Shown in pieces: positions 26,604 through 36,020 of a stretch of DNA of 64,000 nucleotides; the first letter of the stretch is position 1, and each line of letters opens with the position of its first letter. The stretch is from an uncultured Desulfobacterales bacterium. GTDB lineage: Bacteria; Desulfobacterota; Desulfobacteria; Desulfobacterales; Desulfobacteraceae. The position numbers and the translations under genes were made by a program. The stretch spans positions 201-64,200 of the forward strand of contig CAYNHL010000002.1 in the NCBI GenBank assembly GCA_964397015.1, written 5' to 3'. The notes under the pieces are model-generated. The model saw only the letters and a program-made list of their open reading frames with translations, ran no database searches and was not told the origin of the DNA.

Positions 26604-28289
26604 CTATGATTGGCGTTTTTTTAACCGGGCCGCGCCCAGTTTCATGGGAACGATTATGCACAGCACACTGATAACCGGTACCAGCGTAAAACAGAATATG
26701 TTCCACACCCATTCACTTGTGGACAGGGCCCTGTTTTTTATACCGGACATGAAAATGGAATATACCGGCCCGGCCTCCAGCATGATAACACCACCCACCA
26801 GGATGGCACAGCAGATCATGTATACCATGCCGCCGAAACCTGTCACGCTCTTTAAAGGGTTTTCAAGGTTGAAGTCGGCGTATATACTTCCAATACCTAT
26901 GGCCAGGGCGATGATGGCCGGTACCAGGATGGCGGTGGTGACAATGGAAAGCCCCATCATGAAGGGGGTAACGTTTAAAAGGATGTTGGTCCAGACGATA
27001 AGCACCTGGGTCAGGATAAAAAGGGGAACCAGGTAAACAAAAAATTTGATCCACAAGACCCTGGAAAGCGATACAGGTGATGACTGAATGATCCAGAAGG
27101 CATCGGACTCCAGGCTGACAGCCGGATAGGCAAACCGCCCGGCTATCGCTGTAAGTACAAACAGGGCCAGTCCCATGTTCAGAAAACTCAATAGGTTCTG
27201 AAGATAAAATTCGCCTATGGGAGATCTTTCCAGGGGCAGCAAAGTAAAATTATACACGTAGATTATGATCAGGGCACCCACCAGGAAAATCTGGCTCCAC
27301 TGGGTCTGGTCCCTGAAAAAAAACCGGATTTCCTTTATTGCAAGAGCCCGGATGATGGATGGTTTTTGTCTGAGAATCTGTTTGTCGGGCTTTGGCTTTA
27401 CCTTGTGTTCGGTTTTGCCCAGACTCTTGGATAGTCCTTTTTTATAAAGCAGGTCGGCCACTGCCAGCATAAGCATAATGCCTGCAATGGAAAAGCTCCA
27501 TGACAGGCCCAGGTTCAAAAGCGCCCCGGACCAGTTGTTTTCAAGCAGTTCCCTGATGCAGTCAAATACCCAGGTGCCGGGGAAAAAGGGGGACGAAGGG
27601 GTTTTCAGGGAAGAAATATACAAAAGAACCGTGTTGAATGCTTCCGGGTCCACGAACTGCTCGGGCTTGATCATGCGGGCAAAGATATACAACAGGCTGA
27701 ACAGCACAATTCCGAGAATGACAAAGATACTTTTGAGACGTCCGGCCGGGATGGCCATGACCAGGATGATGACCAGTGAGGCGCCGGCTGCCGTAGCGGT
27801 GACCGCCAGGGATATGATAGCAGTTCCCATGATGAAAAACGCTGCGGCCCCGCCGTCAAAAACCATGAGATAAGACAGGAGGATGGGAATGATATACAAA
27901 AAGACCATCCAGGAACTGTCGATAAAACTGAGCAGCCACCGGGACAAAAGTACCTGCCACGTGGCCACCGGCATGGCATGAATACAGATCAGGTCCTTTG
28001 ATAGAAAAAATCTGGATACACTGGTAATGACCGCACTGATGAAGAACAGGGAAAAAGCGACGGCAATTATCATGGACAGCAGCTTGAACGACAGCAGATA
28101 ACCGATTTCCTCAATGGTTGAAAAATAAACCAGGACCTTGTGGGAGATCATGAAAAGACCTGCCCAGAAGAGAATTCCGATGATGGCCATGATAATGAAC
28201 TTCCAGGGACGACGGGTGCCCGACCGGTTGATTAACCGGTTTTTCAGGCCGGTAATGCCTGGTGTCAACAGGGTGACGGCATCATTCAT
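26604..28289 (-). CDS. Polytopic membrane protein, probable permease partner of the adjacent ABC ATPase
   Basis: 561 aa with at least 10 hydrophobic segments. 8-nt overlap with the ATPase gene. Confidence 0.65.
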   Translation of the reverse strand: MNDAVTLLTPGITGLKNRLINRSGTRRPWKFIIMAIIGILFWAGLFMISHKVLVYFSTIEEIGYLLSFKLLSMIIAVAFSLFFISAVITSVSRFFLSKDLICIHAMPVATWQVLLSRWLLSFIDSSWMVFLYIIPILLSYLMVFDGGAAAFFIMGTAIISLAVTATAAGASLVIILVMAIPAGRLKSIFVILGIVLFSLLYIFARMIKPEQFVDPEAFNTVLLYISSLKTPSSPFFPGTWVFDCIRELLENNWSGALLNLGLSWSFSIAGIMLMLAVADLLYKKGLSKSLGKTEHKVKPKPDKQILRQKPSIIRALAIKEIRFFFRDQTQWSQIFLVGALIIIYVYNFTLLPLERSPIGEFYLQNLLSFLNMGLALFVLTAIAGRFAYPAVSLESDAFWIIQSSPVSLSRVLWIKFFVYLVPLFILTQVLIVWTNILLNVTPFMMGLSIVTTAILVPAIIALAIGIGSIYADFNLENPLKSVTGFGGMVYMICCAILVGGVIMLEAGPVYSIFMSGIKNRALSTSEWVWNIFCFTLVPVISVLCIIVPMKLGAARLKKRQS

Positions 28290-29019
28290 TGGCGGCTCCG
28301 GGTTCGGTCAGGTGCAGAAAAAGGTCTTCGAGGCGCTGGTGGCTGACACTGGATTCTTTTTGAAGATCTGACATGCTGCCCCGGGCCAGGATCTTCCCCT
28401 TGTGTATAATGGCCACCATATCGCATATGCTTTCGGCGATTTCAAGGGTATGGGTGGACATGAAAATAGTTTTCCCCCTTGCGGCCAGCTCCTGAAACAG
28501 CTTTTTAACGAGCCGGATGGCTGCCGGATCCAGTCCGACCATGGGCTCATCCACGACAATGATCTGAGGATCGTGAATCAGGGCCGATGCCATGACTATC
28601 CGCTGTTTCATCCCGTGGGAATAGGATTCAATCAGATTGTCCGCATAGTCCCGCATCGTGAACAGTGACAGGTAGCGGTCCCGTGCCGCAATGAAGTCGG
28701 CAGGCGGCACCTTGTAGATATCGGCACAGAATTTCAGGAATTCATTGCCGGTCATTTTTTCATACAGATATGGCCTGTCCGGAATGAACCCGATTTTCTG
28801 CTTGGCCTTTTCCGGTTGTTTTTCAAGATTGATGCCGGCTATTTCAACAGTGCCTGAATCAGGCAGCAGTATGCCGGAAAGAATCCGGATAGTGGTGGTT
28901 TTCCCGGCACCGTTGGGTCCTATGAATCCAAACAGGCAGCCCTCGGGGATGCTCAGGTTCAGGTTGTCCAGGGCTTTGAGCTTATGGTAGGTCTTTGTGA
29001 TATTCTTCAATAGAATCAT
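28282..29019 (-). CDS. ABC transporter ATP-binding protein
   Basis: Walker A GPNGAGKTT, signature YSHGMKQR, Walker B IIVVDEP. Confidence 0.9.
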   Translation of the reverse strand: MILLKNITKTYHKLKALDNLNLSIPEGCLFGFIGPNGAGKTTTIRILSGILLPDSGTVEIAGINLEKQPEKAKQKIGFIPDRPYLYEKMTGNEFLKFCADIYKVPPADFIAARDRYLSLFTMRDYADNLIESYSHGMKQRIVMASALIHDPQIIVVDEPMVGLDPAAIRLVKKLFQELAARGKTIFMSTHTLEIAESICDMVAIIHKGKILARGSMSDLQKESSVSHQRLEDLFLHLTEPGAANE

Positions 29020-29020
29020 A

Positions 29021-30493
29021 TTATTCCATGTCTACAATCTTGATGGTGATGTTGCCGATGACACCTGCAAGTTCTATTCCGGTACCCTTTTTTGATTCGG
29101 CGAGCCTGATATGGGTTACATCGGCGGGAAACTGGTTGAAAACCGCGTCCGCCGTTACCCATTCGCCGGCGTAAAATGCGTTCCATGCATGGTACATGAA
29201 AAGATTGTTTTGATAATACAAGCCTGTCTCAATCCGTGTGGGAATACCGGCAGCTCTCCCGAGTGCGGCCAGTAAAACAGCATGTTCGTTACAGTCCCCC
29301 TGCCTGGTGTTCAATGTGGATAGGGCATCCGGCACAGAAGGCAAGGGCCGTTTTTCAATGTTTTCATAAACCCAGGTCAAAAGGGCCATGATTTTTTCTA
29401 CAGGCGATGTCTTGTCATGGGTTATGGACCGGGCCAAATCGATGATATCGTCATTGTCCGACTGGACAAAGGGGCCTGGCGACAGGTATGGGGCCATGTC
29501 GGGGCCCGGTTTTTCAAAAGGACCACTGGGAATGGATTCCTTCTTTACAGTCAGGCGCTTGCCTTTAACGGATTGCCTCCGGGTGTCGAGTATGTAATCT
29601 GAAAGATCGATACCGCCTATTTCGATCACGAGCTGTACCAGGGATTCTTTGTCTGTTATGGGAGTCTTTGTCGATACGCCGGCCAGCCGGGTCAGGTCCT
29701 GTTCAGGATGCGATGTGATGCCCGACAGCGCCTTCTGCCGTTCCATTGCCCTGATTGTCATGCCCAGCATGCCTGCCTCCTTGAGCACCCGGCCCCGGGT
29801 ATCCATCCATAGAGTCTGGGTCATTCCAGCCACTGAAAGTTCCACCATAATGGCCTGAACGGTTTCATTTGAAATATCGACGGGTTCAATGCCCTTGACC
29901 TGGACGGTGGCCGGCATGAATTCCATGCTGAGCGGTTCAAAAAGTGCATACTCCATCTTTGGATCAATGGACGGGTATCGCGTTGCCACATCCAGCAGGA
30001 TTCCAGAGGCCAGAAAGGGGGGTGATTCGACATCGATGGAAATTTTTCTGGGAATATCTTCGGCCCCTGAAGTGTGAATCGTGAACAAATTTTCTTCAAG
30101 CCGGCCCCGGGCCTTGAAGGTAAAAAGGCTGGAATGGATTGCAAGAGAAAATGATTCAAGGCTGAAATCGTTTTTAAGCCGGGCACTGGTTTCCATTTTG
30201 ATGTCCTGGACCATGCCCATGGTATTGAAACGGAAAAAGGCGCTGTCCTCTGAAGCGTAGCCGGTTTGAGTCGCCTGCAGGCTGGATACGGCATACCCGG
30301 CTTTTTCATCGTTGATGAAAATTCCTTTCCATGTTTCATGGTCAAGCACGGTTGCCTGTTCGGTGTCCGGCTGAGCCGTGGTGGAGGGGCCCAAGCCGGC
30401 CGGCTGGTAAAACCTTGCCCGGAAGATGACCAGGAACACCGCCATTGCAGCGGCAAACACTATAATAAACCATTTTTGCCTGAATAAAGCCAT
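29021..30493 (-). CDS. Membrane-anchored transglutaminase-like domain protein
   Basis: N-terminal TM helix. C-terminal RQGDCNEHAVLLAALGRAAGIPTR...YHAWN.. matches the Cys-His transglutaminase core. Confidence 0.75.
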   Translation of the reverse strand: MALFRQKWFIIVFAAAMAVFLVIFRARFYQPAGLGPSTTAQPDTEQATVLDHETWKGIFINDEKAGYAVSSLQATQTGYASEDSAFFRFNTMGMVQDIKMETSARLKNDFSLESFSLAIHSSLFTFKARGRLEENLFTIHTSGAEDIPRKISIDVESPPFLASGILLDVATRYPSIDPKMEYALFEPLSMEFMPATVQVKGIEPVDISNETVQAIMVELSVAGMTQTLWMDTRGRVLKEAGMLGMTIRAMERQKALSGITSHPEQDLTRLAGVSTKTPITDKESLVQLVIEIGGIDLSDYILDTRRQSVKGKRLTVKKESIPSGPFEKPGPDMAPYLSPGPFVQSDNDDIIDLARSITHDKTSPVEKIMALLTWVYENIEKRPLPSVPDALSTLNTRQGDCNEHAVLLAALGRAAGIPTRIETGLYYQNNLFMYHAWNAFYAGEWVTADAVFNQFPADVTHIRLAESKKGTGIELAGVIGNITIKIVDME

Positions 30494-30594
30494 ATGATCT
30501 TTTACGAAAACACCCCGGGGTTAATATAAAATGTCCAGAATGCAGGGGATCTTCAGTTCGTTGTCTTCAGGATAAGACAAAAACGGTTGTGCTG

Positions 30595-31554
30595 TCAAGA
30601 AGATACCGTTGTGACAAATTTACTGGCCGTGCCGGTGCGGTATATATCGGTTTTCATAAAGTTGATAAACGCTTTTTCCGTCAGCGTTAAAACCTTGTCC
30701 TGAAGGAGGACCAAAGAAATTTTGTTGATAATGTCTTTTTTCCCGGTCCTGATGGGAATGATCCGGCCCTGCTTCAATTCCCTGCTCACTATGTGGGAAG
30801 CTACGACGCCGAGCCCTAGATGGCTTTTCATGCCGGATATGACGGCCTGGTGGTTGTCCACTGTCAAGACACGGTTCAATATCATGGAATGCTTGTTGAA
30901 GTGGTGTTTGAACCAGTTTATAAGGGGCAGCGAGCTTTTCTGGTAGGAAATGAATTCCTTTGTGGAAAGATTTTTAAAAGAATGATCCTTGTTGATCTTC
31001 CGTTCATAATAGTCACTGGAGCAGGCCAAAATGATCTCTTCGTCGATCAGTGGCTCGATGCTGTAGATGCCGAAATCCCTGGAGATCTGCTCCCTGGTTA
31101 AAAAGGCATCCACCAGGCCGAAATCAAGCTCGCCTTTGGCAATCATGGGGAAGATGCGGGCCGGGTCCCCTAACGTCATGGTAAATATCACTTCGGGATA
31201 AAGATCCCTGAAACCGGCAAAAAGACCCGGAAAATAGAATTTACCAAATTCAATGGGGGCCCCGATTCTCAGGACACCGGAAGGAATTTTTTTGCGGCTG
31301 ATAATGCTTTCAGTTCCATAGTCCAGCTGTTTTACAAAAGGCTGAATTATATCGAACAGTTCCTGCCCGGCCAGGGTGGGAACCAGTTTTTTGTGCAAAC
31401 GGATGAACAACAGAGTGTTAAGTTCTTCTTCAAGCCTTGTAAGTCTCTGGCTGACGGCTGAAGGTGAAATGTTCAGTTCCCTGGCCGCGCCTGCCACGCT
31501 GGTCTGGAGAAACACAAAGTAAAAGACTTTGAGGCGGTTAAAATCAGGAAGCAT
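30595..31554 (-). CDS. LysR family transcriptional regulator
   Basis: N-terminal wHTH (FVFLQTSVAGAARELNISPSAVSQRLTRLEEEL) plus a substrate-binding domain. Confidence 0.9.
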   Translation of the reverse strand: MLPDFNRLKVFYFVFLQTSVAGAARELNISPSAVSQRLTRLEEELNTLLFIRLHKKLVPTLAGQELFDIIQPFVKQLDYGTESIISRKKIPSGVLRIGAPIEFGKFYFPGLFAGFRDLYPEVIFTMTLGDPARIFPMIAKGELDFGLVDAFLTREQISRDFGIYSIEPLIDEEIILACSSDYYERKINKDHSFKNLSTKEFISYQKSSLPLINWFKHHFNKHSMILNRVLTVDNHQAVISGMKSHLGLGVVASHIVSRELKQGRIIPIRTGKKDIINKISLVLLQDKVLTLTEKAFINFMKTDIYRTGTASKFVTTVSS

Positions 31555-31559
31555 TAGAA

Positions 31560-31576
31560 AATCTTAATCTAAGATT
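31560..31576. promoter_or_regulatory. Candidate LysR operator (perfect inverted repeat AATCTTA-ATC-TAAGATT)
   Basis: Read directly from the sequence. It lies 6 nt upstream of the LysR ATG in the divergent region and fits the T-N11-A style dyad. Confidence 0.45.
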
Positions 31577-31676
31577 AAATTGTTTTAATTTTACTTAATA
31601 TCATTAATGATTTATATTGTACAGCATAAAAGATCTGATTGCCGGTACAGGCAATCCTTGAAAAGGAGAAAACACG

Positions 31677-31865
31677 ATGAAAGCCATTATAGACCAGCTC
31701 ACAAAAGTACTCGTATACATGGTAACCCCTGAAGATTCAACCAGGATGGGAAACAGTGTCCTGAGCTTCGGCCTGTCGTCAAGGCTGGTAAGTCTCGGGT
31801 CATTTAAAGCCCTGTTCTGGGTTTTCAATTCCATGGTGATTTTGTATTTGATAACCTTGCTATAA
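31677..31865 (+). CDS. Possible small protein (62 aa), divergent from the LysR gene
   Basis: Good SD (AAAGGAGAAAACACG-ATG) and a downstream hairpin. There is no recognisable domain, the region is AT-rich, and a competing 90-aa antisense ORF exists. Confidence 0.25.
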   Translation: MKAIIDQLTKVLVYMVTPEDSTRMGNSVLSFGLSSRLVSLGSFKALFWVFNSMVILYLITLL

Positions 31866-31913
31866 AAATACCTCAAACAGCGGCCCTAAAAAGGGCTGGT
31901 TATCAAACTCCCC

Positions 31914-31952
31914 GGCAGGCAGGTCATGTATATGGCCTGCCTGCTTCATTTT
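31914..31952 (+). terminator. Stem-loop with T-rich tail
   Basis: GGCAGGCAGG (31914-31923) pairs with CCTGCCTGC (31936-31944), followed by TTCATTTT. Confidence 0.45.
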
Positions 31953-32003
31953 CAGGCCTGGGTAATGCACTGCCCGGCGTTTTTTGTCACGATGATTTCA
32001 AAA

Positions 32004-33041
32004 TCAGTCCAGGGACCGGTTCTCTTCCACTGCATGGCAGGCGACAAAGGTACCGTTATCCAGCCTGGTCATGAGGGGCACTTCAGCGGTACACCGCTTG
32101 TCGGCGTATACGCAACGGTTGTGGAAAACACACCCGGTCGGCAGGTTTACCGGCGTGGGCACTTCGCCCTTGAGCCTGATATGCTTGGCTTTTTTTTCGC
32201 CAATCCTGGGAATGGCACTCAGCAGTGCCCGGGTATAGGGGTGCCGCGGGGCTTCAAAAAGATTTTCAGCGCTGGCCACTTCACAAAGAGTACCCAGGTA
32301 CATGACTGCAACGCGGGTACTGATATGGCGGACCACGGACAAATCGTGGGTGATGAAAAGATATGTCAGGTCACGCTTTTCAGCGGCTTCCATCAGCAGG
32401 TTCAGGATCTGGGCCTGGATGGACACATCCAGGGCGGATACCGGTTCGTCTGCCACAATGAATTCCGGGTTGAGGATCAGCCCGCGGGCAATGCTTATCC
32501 GCTGGCGCTGACCGCCTGAGAATTCATGAGGATGCCGCCGGATCCATGCAGGATCCACGCCGACCTGGAGCATCACTTCAGCTATCATGTCCATTATCTG
32601 GGATGAGGGCAACCTGGGATTATGGAACCGCAGCGGTTCTTCCAGGGTCTGCTGCACTGTTTTCCTTGGGTTGAGAGAGGCATACGGGTCCTGGAAAATC
32701 ATCTGCATTTTTTTCCTGAACGGCAGCATTTGACCATGGTCCAGATTGTCTATACGTTTACCGTCATAGTATATTTCACCCGAGTTTGGTGCATAGAGTC
32801 CTATTACCACCCTGGCAAGCGTTGACTTACCGCATCCGCTTTCCCCTACAACACTAAGGGTTTCACCTTTCTGGACGGCAAGAGATACATTGTTGACAGC
32901 CTTGACGGTAGTTCTTTCACGCGTGAAACGGCCATTTTTGAATTTGATCTGATCGAGAAGTCCGCCTGAAATGTCAAAGTGCTTTACAATATTGTTGATG
33001 GATACGAGTGTATGATCTGTCTTCATGGGTTGCTCAAACAT
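32004..33041 (-). CDS. Oligopeptide/dipeptide ABC transporter ATPase (OppF/DppF type)
   Basis: Walker A GESGCGKST, LSGGQRQR-like FSGGQRQR, Walker B IVADEP, and a C-terminal oligopeptide-type extension with Cys (HNRCVYADKRC). Confidence 0.9.
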   Translation of the reverse strand: MFEQPMKTDHTLVSINNIVKHFDISGGLLDQIKFKNGRFTRERTTVKAVNNVSLAVQKGETLSVVGESGCGKSTLARVVIGLYAPNSGEIYYDGKRIDNLDHGQMLPFRKKMQMIFQDPYASLNPRKTVQQTLEEPLRFHNPRLPSSQIMDMIAEVMLQVGVDPAWIRRHPHEFSGGQRQRISIARGLILNPEFIVADEPVSALDVSIQAQILNLLMEAAEKRDLTYLFITHDLSVVRHISTRVAVMYLGTLCEVASAENLFEAPRHPYTRALLSAIPRIGEKKAKHIRLKGEVPTPVNLPTGCVFHNRCVYADKRCTAEVPLMTRLDNGTFVACHAVEENRSLD

Positions 33042-33048
33042 CCTTATC

Positions 33049-34005
33049 TTATTTCATGTGGCAAGCGGCAAGTGAACCGTTGATATCACGTAACAGCGGT
33101 GTTTCTCTGGTACAGATATCCTGCTTGAGTTCACATCTCGGGTTAAATGGGCATCCCGGGGGAATATCGGTCAGTGTCGGCATCATTCCCGGAATCTGGC
33201 TGAGTTTTTCACCGGGAGGTATGATACCGGGGATGGAGGTAATCAACCCCTGGGTGTAGGGGTGAACCGGATGCTGGATTATCTGGTCGGTCAATCCGTA
33301 CTCTATGATTCTACCGGCATACATGACCGCGATTTTCTCGGTCACCTGGGAGACAACGGCCAGATCATGGGTGATCAGAATCAATCCCATCTGTTCAGTG
33401 GTGCAAAGTTCCTGCAGCAGATCCATGATTTCCGCCTGTATGGTGACATCCAGTGCGGTTGTTGGTTCATCGGCTATTATGATGGCCGGGTCTGCCAGAA
33501 GTGAGATGGCGATGATGATTCGCTGCCGCATACCGCCTGACAATTCGTGCGGGTATTGTCGAAGGCGCTTTTCAGGTGAAGGAATCTGGACCTTCTTCAG
33601 CTTTTCCAGGGCAATACGTTCCGCCTCTTTTCGGGAGATGCTCCTGTGTGCCTTGAGGGTCTCAACCATCTGGGTGCCGATGGTGAATACCGGGTTCAGA
33701 GTCATCATCGGATCCTGGAAAATCATGCTGATGCGGTTTCCCCTGATCCGGCGCATCTTTGAAAAGGAGTACGAGCTGATTTCGTTGCCCTCGAACAGGA
33801 TACGGCCTTTTGATATATAACCGGGCTTGCTGATCAGGTTGATAATGGCGAATCCTGTCACGGATTTGCCGGCACCGCTTTCCCCCACTATTCCCAGTTT
33901 TTCCCCTTTGTCCAGGGTGAAGCTGACACCGTCGATGGCGGTGATATCACCAAATCTCAATGCAAATTTAACTTCAAGGTCTTGGACTTCTAAAAGATGA
34001 GACAT
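33049..34005 (-). CDS. Oligopeptide/dipeptide ABC transporter ATPase (OppD/DppD type)
   Basis: GESGAGKS, LSGGMRQR, IIADEPTTALD, and C-terminal CPFNPRC. Confidence 0.9.
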   Translation of the reverse strand: MSHLLEVQDLEVKFALRFGDITAIDGVSFTLDKGEKLGIVGESGAGKSVTGFAIINLISKPGYISKGRILFEGNEISSYSFSKMRRIRGNRISMIFQDPMMTLNPVFTIGTQMVETLKAHRSISRKEAERIALEKLKKVQIPSPEKRLRQYPHELSGGMRQRIIIAISLLADPAIIIADEPTTALDVTIQAEIMDLLQELCTTEQMGLILITHDLAVVSQVTEKIAVMYAGRIIEYGLTDQIIQHPVHPYTQGLITSIPGIIPPGEKLSQIPGMMPTLTDIPPGCPFNPRCELKQDICTRETPLLRDINGSLAACHMK

Positions 34006-34014
34006 CTTGCTTGT

Positions 34015-34935
34015 TTATCCTTTATACAGTTTTGGGTTCAGCACATCCCTGAGCCAGTCACCTAAAAGATTGACCACCAGAACAAACAGTACCAGTACAA
34101 GTCCGGGGAAGATAGTGATCCACCATGAGCCGGAAAATATGTACTCGAATCCTGACCGGATCAAGGATCCCAAAGAGGGTTTGGTAATGGGCATGCCCAG
34201 TCCGAGAAATGAAAGGGCGGCTTCGCTCATGACAGCATTGGCTACCTGCAGCGTGGAGATGACCATTATGGATGTCAGGGCGTTGGGCAGCACGTGACGT
34301 ACCATGATCACCGGCCGGGAAAGACCTATTACCCTGGCGGCCTCGACATATTCCTTGTTTTTTTCTCCCATGACAGCGGCCCGGATGGTCCTGGCATACA
34401 TGGGCCACTCCGCCAGGCCGATAATGACGATCAGCAGTGGTACTGCCAGCTGTTCATATTTTCCTAAGCCGAATACTATCTGGAAAATAGCTCCTATAAA
34501 AATGGCCACCATCAGGTAGGGAAAGGAAAACTGGATATCTGCAATCCGCATGAGGAATGAATCCATCCGCCCTCCCAGGTAACCGGCGGTAAGGCCCATT
34601 AAAATACCAATGGTTGCCTGCAGGGTCACGGCACCCATGCCAATGATAATGGAGGTACGAAGTCCATAGAGCATGGTGGACAGCATGTCCCGTCCCATGT
34701 TATCCGTTCCCAGCAGGAAGTCCTCGGTCCCGCCTTCAATGAACGTGGGCGGGATTTCTGAATTCATGATATCGATATTGTGAGGGTCGTACGGATCCAT
34801 TGGGGCAAGCAGGGGGGCGAACAGGGCCATCATCAGGAAGATCACCAGTACGATGAAACTGGCAATAGCCACCTTGTCCCGCTTGAAACTGTACAGAAAA
34901 TATGAGTTCTTGAACTTTTTAAGCTTTTCTTTCAT
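34015..34935 (-). CDS. Peptide ABC transporter permease (DppC/OppC type)
   Basis: EAA-loop region EAARVIGLSRPVIMVRHVLPN. The start is moved to ATG 34935, which overlaps the upstream stop (ATGA). Confidence 0.9.
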   Translation of the reverse strand: MKEKLKKFKNSYFLYSFKRDKVAIASFIVLVIFLMMALFAPLLAPMDPYDPHNIDIMNSEIPPTFIEGGTEDFLLGTDNMGRDMLSTMLYGLRTSIIIGMGAVTLQATIGILMGLTAGYLGGRMDSFLMRIADIQFSFPYLMVAIFIGAIFQIVFGLGKYEQLAVPLLIVIIGLAEWPMYARTIRAAVMGEKNKEYVEAARVIGLSRPVIMVRHVLPNALTSIMVISTLQVANAVMSEAALSFLGLGMPITKPSLGSLIRSGFEYIFSGSWWITIFPGLVLVLFVLVVNLLGDWLRDVLNPKLYKG

Positions 34936-35915
34936 TTTGTTCCTGTTATTCTGACGGTGGGGTTGATCAGCCCGTAAAGGATGTCTACAACTGTATTGAC
35001 AATAACAAACACACATGCCACTACCACCAGGTAGGCTATCAGCAGGGAGATATCCGCACGCTGGACCGCTTCCAGGAACATGAATCCCATGCCCTGCCAT
35101 TGAAACACGGTTTCCGTGAGAATGGTAAAGGCGAACATGATTCCGATCTGGACACCGAACACGGTGATAACGGGCAGCAACGTGTTCTTGAACGCATGGA
35201 CCAGCCAGATTCTCATGGGGGACAACCCCTTGGCCCAGGCATACTTGATGTACTCGGTCTCCAGTACCTCCATCATTTCCGACCGGATCAGCCGGATATA
35301 CAGCGGCATCATGATGGAGGACAGGGAAATACAGGGCAATATGAGGTGTTTAAGGCCGTCAACGGTCAAAAATCCTGTCTGCCAGTACTCGCTTCCGAAC
35401 AAAGCCACTGTTTCACCGCGGCCGTAAGACGGCAGCACCCCCAGTATGATCGCGAACAGGTAAATCAGGAGGATGGCCGTTAAAAATACCGGCATGGATA
35501 CCCCCAGGGTGGAAAAACTCATGATGAACCTCGACAGCAGGCTGTGAGGTTTCAGGGCCGAATAGACCCCCAGGGGTAAAGAGACCACGATGATGATCAG
35601 GGCTGTTCCAAACACCAGTTCAATGGTGGCAGGAGCGTGTTTGAGTATGACTTCAAGGGCGGGCCGGCTGTACATGAACGACATGCCCAGGTCTCCCTTT
35701 AAGGCATTTTTTACAAACCGGACATACTGGACAAAAAAAGGATCGTTCAATCCCATTTCATCAGCCATTTTGGCCCTCTGGGCCGGTGTTACGCGCTCTC
35801 CTACCAGGTCACGGATGGGATCACCGATCTGGGATTTGATGGAAAATCCAACCATTCCTATAATAAGCATCACCAGGATGGCCTGGGCAATTCTTCTCAA
35901 TATAAATGCAACCAT
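34932..35915 (-). CDS. Peptide ABC transporter permease (DppB/OppB type)
   Basis: MVAFILRRIAQAILVMLII N-terminus and the YIKYAWAKGLS motif are typical of the family. Confidence 0.9.
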   Translation of the reverse strand: MVAFILRRIAQAILVMLIIGMVGFSIKSQIGDPIRDLVGERVTPAQRAKMADEMGLNDPFFVQYVRFVKNALKGDLGMSFMYSRPALEVILKHAPATIELVFGTALIIIVVSLPLGVYSALKPHSLLSRFIMSFSTLGVSMPVFLTAILLIYLFAIILGVLPSYGRGETVALFGSEYWQTGFLTVDGLKHLILPCISLSSIMMPLYIRLIRSEMMEVLETEYIKYAWAKGLSPMRIWLVHAFKNTLLPVITVFGVQIGIMFAFTILTETVFQWQGMGFMFLEAVQRADISLLIAYLVVVACVFVIVNTVVDILYGLINPTVRITGTK

Positions 35916-35945
35916 AATTTTTTCTTGTATAAAGACATTGAAGAA

Positions 35946-35980
35946 CCTGCCGGAAGCCGGAAAATCCGGATTCCGGCAGG
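35946..35980 (-). promoter_or_regulatory. Intercistronic stem-loop between the binding-protein and permease genes
   Basis: 10-bp arms CCTGCCGGAA/TTCCGGCAGG with an inner CCGG/CCGG pairing. The position is typical of mRNA-stabilising or attenuating hairpins after SBP genes. Confidence 0.5.
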
Positions 35981-36020
35981 ATGGTCAGTACCATTTTCGT
36001 GTCATTGCATCAATAACTCA

